Sequence record: NC_070956.1
Strand: one strand, 5' to 3'
DNA: 64,000 bases
A model generated the notes under the pieces. That model saw only the letters and a list, made by a program, of their open reading frames with translations. It was not told where the DNA came from and did not search any database. Position numbers and translations under genes: made by a program. Of the stretch, positions 58,225-64,000 are shown piece by piece. Numbering within the stretch: the first letter of the stretch is position 1; each line of letters starts with the position of its first letter.

Positions 58225-58258
58225 ACATAACCATGTTTAACAATTCGAGGTAACTACC

Positions 58259-58408
58259 ATGTTTGAAGCAATGTCCAACTCCCAAGCTTTCGGTTTCGCT
58301 TTCTTCGGTGCTATCGGCGTAATCGCTGTTATCGCCATCGGTACCAATGAATACTTCAAAGCCAAGAAAGCTCTGAAGCGTCCAATGGCTACTCGTAACA
58401 AGCGTTGA
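58259..58408 (+). CDS. small single-pass membrane protein (49 aa; not in ORF track)
   Basis: GAGG RBS; hydrophobic AFGFAFFGAIGVIAVIAIG then a basic tail; own promoter and terminator (58414-58436). Confidence 0.65.
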   Translation: MFEAMSNSQAFGFAFFGAIGVIAVIAIGTNEYFKAKKALKRPMATRNKR

Positions 58409-58475
58409 TATCAACCCTCTCCCATTGGGAGAGGGTAGTTTCAATTACATTTATTTTTTTTTTGTCGAGGTTCAT

Positions 58476-58889
58476 ATGGCAAATGGTTGCTGTGCAACAA
58501 TGTCCACTGTGGGTTATCTCTACGAACCGTTGGCTCAAATCGACAGGTTAATCGCTTGGTGGTTTGCTAATCGGATCGATCAGTCAGTGATACTCACTGA
58601 TATTCAATCTTACCAATACGTTGTTGCAAGCCATCAGAACGATTTCCGTATTGATGAGTTCCTGCAAGATGTTCAACGTAATCTTCAATCCTACCTCATG
58701 GAATGCTTCGAGGGTGCTGAAGTTAAAGCAACCGCACCTAATTATGAGGAAGGTGGAAAGATGTTCCATCTCCACATCAGTGGGGTAGTAGAACGTAACG
58801 GAGTTCGCTATGATGTAGCAAGTGCAGTTGCACTTAGCGGTAAAACCTTCGAACTTGTTGAAAACGGGAGAAAGAGAATTGCAAGATAA
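58476..58889 (+). CDS. conserved hypothetical protein
   Basis: GAGG RBS before ATG 58476. Confidence 0.72.
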   Translation: MANGCCATMSTVGYLYEPLAQIDRLIAWWFANRIDQSVILTDIQSYQYVVASHQNDFRIDEFLQDVQRNLQSYLMECFEGAEVKATAPNYEEGGKMFHLHISGVVERNGVRYDVASAVALSGKTFELVENGRKRIAR

Positions 58890-59679
58890 ATACGACGTAA
58901 AGGGAGAACTGGAAGGTATCCAGGATAAACTCTCCCATGGTAAACTGCTCGACATTGGTGAAGGGTCGTTTAAGATCGCTGAAATCAATGGTCGTGATTT
59001 CATTCAAACTCCGGATGGCGAGTTCCTGGAACACGTTGTGATGGAAGAGAAGTATTTCGTTGAAAACTGGCTGGCTCAGTTTGCTCTGGGTTGGGTTGGT
59101 GACAAGTGCTACTTCGATTTCAATGCCTGGGGAAAGATGACTATCGGGCATACTCGCGGTGTCATCATCGTTGACGAGGATGGTCAATACGTTCTCGACA
59201 TCCCCAAGTTCTCCCAAGCGATGCTTCCCGCTGAAGCTAAAGCTGTTCTGGATCAGTGCGCTACCAACGCCGGGGTGGCGAACCTCATTCCCGACGAATC
59301 CGAAAAGACTCGTTTGATCAACACGTTGGCTGAACAAGCCAAGATGATCTCCGAGATCGCTGAAGGTCAGGACCCTCTGGACATCACCAAGATCATTCCT
59401 ACCGAGTACTTTGCTCGTCATGGCCTGAACAACCTGGTGATGTACGACACCATCCTGATTCGTGATCGCTACGGCGTGAAGAACGATGACGACGTGGCGC
59501 GGATCGAAAAGATCTTGACTCAATGGACCACTGAGCGTAAAGCCAGTAAAGAAGATAAAGCGTTCATCGTCGAGATCACCAAGGGTGATTTTATTTTCGA
59601 CACCGAGGAGGATATGGTAGAACAAGTATCTTCCAATATTGTTGAAGATGACACCGATTTCGATCCACTCGCAAGTTAA
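58879..59679 (+). CDS. conserved hypothetical protein
   Basis: long ORF, probable TTG start after GGGAG; acidic C-terminus. Confidence 0.75.
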   Translation: MQDKYDVKGELEGIQDKLSHGKLLDIGEGSFKIAEINGRDFIQTPDGEFLEHVVMEEKYFVENWLAQFALGWVGDKCYFDFNAWGKMTIGHTRGVIIVDEDGQYVLDIPKFSQAMLPAEAKAVLDQCATNAGVANLIPDESEKTRLINTLAEQAKMISEIAEGQDPLDITKIIPTEYFARHGLNNLVMYDTILIRDRYGVKNDDDVARIEKILTQWTTERKASKEDKAFIVEITKGDFIFDTEEDMVEQVSSNIVEDDTDFDPLAS

Positions 59680-59691
59680 CAATAATAGCGG

Positions 59692-60855
59692 GTGATCTCT
59701 AGGAGATTAATAGTGAATCCGTCACCAATTTATAAGGCGCTGTGGTGTTCAGACCAACACACCTTACACCCGCACACCCACACCAGACATATCTTAGATA
59801 ACTTGAGTGTCTTTTATTATAAAGACAGCAACTTAGATGAGATATCTCACATCGTCTGGGGTGGGGACTTCTTCCATGACCTGTGCGAGTCCAACGATCC
59901 CAACATGATCCTGGTCCAGCGATGGGTCAAAAACTTTTTGGCAATCTGTCATGAGAAACGTATTCATGTCCGTATTCTGGAGGGGACCTCTTCTCACGAC
60001 TGGGGAATGCCGGAAACCCTAGACATATTGAAACCGAAAGACTCCCCGTATATAAAGTACGTCAAGGAGCTTTCCATCGAGTTCATTCCCGAACTTGGTA
60101 TCAACGTTCTTTATGTCCCGGATAACTTCGGGAAGATAGCATCTGAGACTATCTACGACAGAACAATCGAGCTGATGGCTAACAAGGGTTTAACCCAAGT
60201 TGACTTTATCTACCTCCACGGTGGTTTCAAGTTCCAACTTCCGCCTATCGCCGATAAACACGGAACATTGTACGATGAGGACAAATGGAGTAAGTTGGCT
60301 AGTAAAGCAATCTTCTCCGGCCACATCCACAAACCAGGTAGAAAACACAACATCTACTGTTCCGGTTCTTTCGATCGTATCGCATTTGGTGAAATGCACC
60401 CGAAAGGTGCGTACCGTTTCGAGTTCGGTAAAGATCACTTCAAAGCCGAGTTCTATGAAAACACCAGGGCTCAGATCTATGACAAAATCATGATCACTCC
60501 GGAGATGGAATCACTCGAGCTTTCCATGAAACTCGAGAAATACATTGACGAAAATAATCCGCCAGCCAGGACTCATATCCGAGTGTGTGGTGGTGATTCC
60601 AGTGTAGTGATTCCAGTGGTAGCCAGTTTCAGGGAAAAGTTTCCAAAGTACATTTTCGATTACGAGAATGCTAAGGAAGATAATGTCGAGATCGATGACA
60701 CTCTGTACACTCCCGAAGCGTATAAGGCTATCACCTTAACAGCAGACAACCTGGAAGATAACCTTCTTAACTTCATGGCACCAACACTCCATGAGAATGA
60801 TTGGGTTGACCAGGAACTGTTGAAAGAACTTCTACGAGAGGTGATCAATGAATAA
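59692..60855 (+). CDS. SbcD/Mre11-like metallophosphoesterase nuclease
   Basis: CSDQH, GGDFFHD, EGTSSHD, LHG, SGHIH, GS motifs. Confidence 0.88.
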   Translation: MISRRLIVNPSPIYKALWCSDQHTLHPHTHTRHILDNLSVFYYKDSNLDEISHIVWGGDFFHDLCESNDPNMILVQRWVKNFLAICHEKRIHVRILEGTSSHDWGMPETLDILKPKDSPYIKYVKELSIEFIPELGINVLYVPDNFGKIASETIYDRTIELMANKGLTQVDFIYLHGGFKFQLPPIADKHGTLYDEDKWSKLASKAIFSGHIHKPGRKHNIYCSGSFDRIAFGEMHPKGAYRFEFGKDHFKAEFYENTRAQIYDKIMITPEMESLELSMKLEKYIDENNPPARTHIRVCGGDSSVVIPVVASFREKFPKYIFDYENAKEDNVEIDDTLYTPEAYKAITLTADNLEDNLLNFMAPTLHENDWVDQELLKELLREVINE

Positions 60856-61654
60856 CAGAACGTTGGGAACACTTCCGATAAGTGTCGGAACTTCCATTGC
60901 AATAGAGGGGCTTGCAAACGCCCCTATGCATCGTTACCAGTCTTTCCTGATCAACATACGGACTATTGTTCGGAACGCTCGTGAAGCGTTTGATGAGCTA
61001 CCTAACGAAGATGATCTCTTCGAGGCGGCAAAGGAAGACATGATCCAAATAGCGACAGCTATAGCTGGGATGAAACTGAAAACCATTTTGGATATGAAGT
61101 TCTACTACCCGACCTATAATTCGTTACCACGACTTTTCCCAATGGCAAAACTCAAACCAACTGATCCTAGCAAGATGCTGCTCCCTCGTGAACAGAACTT
61201 GAAGATCAGGACGATCCTGGACAATAAGGTATATCGTAAACTTCTCAGTGAGTTTAACAAGCTTATTGTACAGATAGATTCGTATCTCCCACAATTTGGT
61301 GGGGATGGTTTGATCATCACTCATCACCCTGTTGATCTGGTATTGACAGAAAGTTACCATCGTCTCCATCTGTTAGAAAGTCACACTGGTACCATCAAGA
61401 ACTACACGATGTTGACCACCAAGCTGACTGGCGGTGACACCATGCCTAACATGCCGTTGAACAAACTGACCATTCAGATCTTCGGCGATAAAGCAGTCAA
61501 TTTTCTGTCACAGAACCAAGGTGTTAAGAAAGAGATCAAGGAATTAGCCAACAGCGTTCCCTGGAGTTCTGCCTCAACCCATAGTTTCGTTGCAATGTCT
61601 ATTCGGAAGTTGAAAGCCTCCCCCGAAAAAGACATCCTCATCAAAATGATTTAA
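60848..61654 (+). CDS. conserved hypothetical protein (possibly nuclease-related)
   Basis: 268 aa in the conserved cluster between sbcD and the SSB-like gene; SVGTSIAIE N-terminus. Confidence 0.65.
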   Translation: MNNRTLGTLPISVGTSIAIEGLANAPMHRYQSFLINIRTIVRNAREAFDELPNEDDLFEAAKEDMIQIATAIAGMKLKTILDMKFYYPTYNSLPRLFPMAKLKPTDPSKMLLPREQNLKIRTILDNKVYRKLLSEFNKLIVQIDSYLPQFGGDGLIITHHPVDLVLTESYHRLHLLESHTGTIKNYTMLTTKLTGGDTMPNMPLNKLTIQIFGDKAVNFLSQNQGVKKEIKELANSVPWSSASTHSFVAMSIRKLKASPEKDILIKMI

Positions 61655-61668
61655 TTAGGAGAAATAAC

Positions 61669-62427
61669 ATGTCCCAACAACAAGGTCAATTCCAGCGTCG
61701 TCCCGACACCATGTTCAACGACTTCCGCTACCCGATGCCTCAGACCCGTGAGCCGGTAGACGGTGCCAAGTTCCCTGCCCGTTGGGTTTGGGATTTCGGT
61801 CTGGACGGCAAGGTCAAGTTCAAGGTCAACGACGGTATCTTCGGTCAACAGGACAAGAACAGCAAACTCAAAGAAGTTGAGCTGGGTGCGATGGACCGGA
61901 ACTCCATCCTCAACCTGATCATGAACGCCATCGAAGACCCCAACTTCACCAAGGCTCAGTACCATGTGAAGAAGAAGGTATTCGGTCAAGGCGGTCGTAT
62001 GAACGATCAACCGTCTACCCTGGGTACTTTCACCATCATCCGTACCAGCGAAGGCAAGATCGCCGTTGGTTATACCAAGGGTACCTACAAGGTCATGTTC
62101 GAGTTCAACGGTCCCAACGACTCCATCGTTGTGTTGAGCAAAGACGGTCAAAGCTACGAAGACCACGGTCTGATGTCTCGCGTTTACGCCAAGGCGTTTG
62201 TCGAGTTCAGTCGCAAGTTCCTGGACCAGTTCGAGTGGGACAACTTCAAGCCCCGTGAGCGCAAAGAGAACAATGGCGGTGGTAACCGCGGTGGTGGCAA
62301 CAACAACTGGGGCAACCGTAACGGTGGCAACGGTGGTGGCGGTAATAACAACTACAACGGTGGTGGTAACGGTGGTGGTGGCAACCGTCAAGCACCTGCC
62401 GACTTCGATGATGACATCGACTTCTAA
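61669..62427 (+). CDS. putative single-stranded DNA-binding protein
   Basis: Gly/Asn-rich low-complexity linker and acidic aromatic-ended tail DFDDDIDF; biased codons. Confidence 0.68.
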   Translation: MSQQQGQFQRRPDTMFNDFRYPMPQTREPVDGAKFPARWVWDFGLDGKVKFKVNDGIFGQQDKNSKLKEVELGAMDRNSILNLIMNAIEDPNFTKAQYHVKKKVFGQGGRMNDQPSTLGTFTIIRTSEGKIAVGYTKGTYKVMFEFNGPNDSIVVLSKDGQSYEDHGLMSRVYAKAFVEFSRKFLDQFEWDNFKPRERKENNGGGNRGGGNNNWGNRNGGNGGGGNNNYNGGGNGGGGNRQAPADFDDDIDF

Positions 62428-62440
62428 CACGTTTAATAAA

Positions 62441-62464
62441 GAGCGAGAACTTCGGTTCTCGCTC
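62441..62464 (+). terminator. intrinsic terminator
   Basis: GAGCGAGAAC-TTCG-GTTCTCGCTC. Confidence 0.8.
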
Positions 62465-62495
62465 TAAACTTTTTGCTGCTCTATAAATTAATAGA

Positions 62496-62515
62496 CAGAT
62501 ATTATTAGCGTGTAA
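62496..62515 (+). promoter_or_regulatory. putative phage early promoter
   Basis: CAGATATTATTAGCGTGTAA. Confidence 0.6.
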
Positions 62516-62530
62516 TCCGTAGGAGGTATT

Positions 62531-64000
62531 ATGCTTTACTCAATCAAGATGAGTGGTAAAAGGAAGATAGAAGGAATCGTTGTTAGTCATAATGGCGAAG
62601 AAATCGAATTCCGTGGCACACAGAACGTTAACGGTGGTGACGCGAACCAGCCGTTATATGAATTCCTTAATGGCTTCTTCGAGAGTGTTCAGAACTACAA
62701 ACTGGACCAACTCTGGGGTTGCCTGAAAGCTGCAAAACGTATCCTGGAACCAGGGTATTTCGAAGGGGAAGAAGAAACTCGTGAACTCGAAGAGTTGCGA
62801 GCGAACACAGACAACTACGAATTCCTGGTATCCAAGTTGTCCGGGATCTTCAAACAGATCTACTCCATCATTCCACCAGGTGATATCGCCTACGCCGCAA
62901 GTGTAGAGAAACGCGATGAACCGCCACGCGACCTGATGCAGGTTGCTTCGACCGGACGGTATCCCGAAGAGACCACTATCACTCCCGACAAATATCGTGA
63001 GCTGGTACGACTCTCCTTTGCCATCCAACTCAGCTTCCCGATCATGAACCAGTTCCTGGACAACATCGTGAAGAAGACTGGTAAGGAATATCAGTACGCA
63101 CCAGCCGGCGACATCATCACCAGTTTCCCAGCTGTGATCGATATGCCCGGTTGGCGAGTTCTGGAAACCTATATCAGGGCATCCTGTCAACGTCAAGAAA
63201 GCAAACGTAACTCAATGGAAGTAGTTTCCAATGATCGTTATGTTACCAACATCATTTTCCGCGGTGTCTTTGGTAAGCTGGCGTTGTCTTTCATCCCGAG
63301 TCTGGACAGGGATAAGAACCTGTCTAAGCAACTCAACAGTCTGGTAGAAGGCGAAGTGCGCAAAGAACAATCCACGCGCTTCACTAGCTATACCGACAAC
63401 AAACCTGGTTCCGATGATCAGTCCATCCCGGAAAGTTATCGGATTTGCCAGAACGTTAACGGAACCGAGGAGTTGGCCCAGGCCGAGTTCTTCAGTTTCG
63501 GGATGTTTGATGAAGAGGAGAATCCGCGGTACACCAACTTCTTCTACTATCAGTGCCAGGCTCTGGGGATCAAGAACCAGGAACTCGCTGAACGGGTATT
63601 CAACTGTATCCCGACAGTGACCAATCTCCATCTGACCAAGATTCAGTTGAGATTGTTGCAACTGGTATATAAAGAAGACATCGGAATGTATCTGGTTCCG
63701 GCGTTGGATTATCGCCAGTACACTGCGGCAATTGCCCTGGCGCAAGTTCGTTTGTACGAAATGGGTTATGAGTATCTTGCACAACTGTGCGGGATCATGC
63801 GTAATCCAGAACTGCCGATCACCTACATGAACGACGAATTCAAGCTCAACACCAAGGAGCGAGATCAGTTGGTAGCGTTGTGTGATCTTTACGACGGTCA
63901 ATCAGATGCGTCCACTGATAACCTCATGGTTATCGCTACCCAGGAAATGCTGGATGAACTGGGTAATTCTGGTTGGGAAAGTAACATCGAACCCGGGTTG
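62531..64000 (+). CDS. non-virion RNA polymerase specificity subunit (phiKZ gp68-like), 3'-truncated by the window end
   Basis: AGGAGG RBS, ATG 62531, frame appears open to the window end; position after sbcD/SSB matches phiKZ-like synteny. Confidence 0.7.
   Translation, partial: MLYSIKMSGKRKIEGIVVSHNGEEIEFRGTQNVNGGDANQPLYEFLNGFFESVQNYKLDQLWGCLKAAKRILEPGYFEGEEETRELEELRANTDNYEFLVSKLSGIFKQIYSIIPPGDIAYAASVEKRDEPPRDLMQVASTGRYPEETTITPDKYRELVRLSFAIQLSFPIMNQFLDNIVKKTGKEYQYAPAGDIITSFPAVIDMPGWRVLETYIRASCQRQESKRNSMEVVSNDRYVTNIIFRGVFGKLALSFIPSLDRDKNLSKQLNSLVEGEVRKEQSTRFTSYTDNKPGSDDQSIPESYRICQNVNGTEELAQAEFFSFGMFDEEENPRYTNFFYYQCQALGIKNQELAERVFNCIPTVTNLHLTKIQLRLLQLVYKEDIGMYLVPALDYRQYTAAIALAQVRLYEMGYEYLAQLCGIMRNPELPITYMNDEFKLNTKERDQLVALCDLYDGQSDASTDNLMVIATQEMLDELGNSGWESNIEPGL

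Noticed and set aside
62260-62390. GGT/AAC-rich low-complexity repeat
   Set aside because: Encodes the Gly/Asn linker of the SSB-like protein; not a separate element.
58834-62430. 282-aa and 259-aa minus-strand ORFs
   Set aside because: Antisense to well-supported core genes.

Overview
A 64-kb segment of a nucleus-forming, phiKZ-like jumbo phage (Chimalliviridae-like). The conserved core is recognisable by motifs and phiKZ-type gene order: tail tube and sheath, three virion structural genes, terminase large subunit with an intein, thymidylate kinase, PhuZ tubulin, family-B DNA polymerase, chimallin, non-virion RNA polymerase subunits (beta'-N with DFDGD; a gp68-like subunit running off the window end), an SbcD/Mre11-like nuclease and an SSB-like protein. 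Between these blocks lie early accessory arrays of short hypothetical genes with a recurring TTTCA-N-ATATTA-N5-GTG promoter motif and hairpin terminators. The most unusual part is a ~3-kb minus-strand RNA locus (27.5-30.6 kb). It holds four canonical tRNAs, a tRNA-like element with a 10-nt anticodon loop, a candidate ~800-nt highly structured ncRNA, and two tandem ~140-nt RNA units with identical ends and compensatory stem changes. Also notable are an adjacent Tad1-like/Acb1-like anti-defence gene pair inside the core, and a class-3-type terminase intein starting with Asp. All calls come from reading the sequence; no database searches or folding programs were run.
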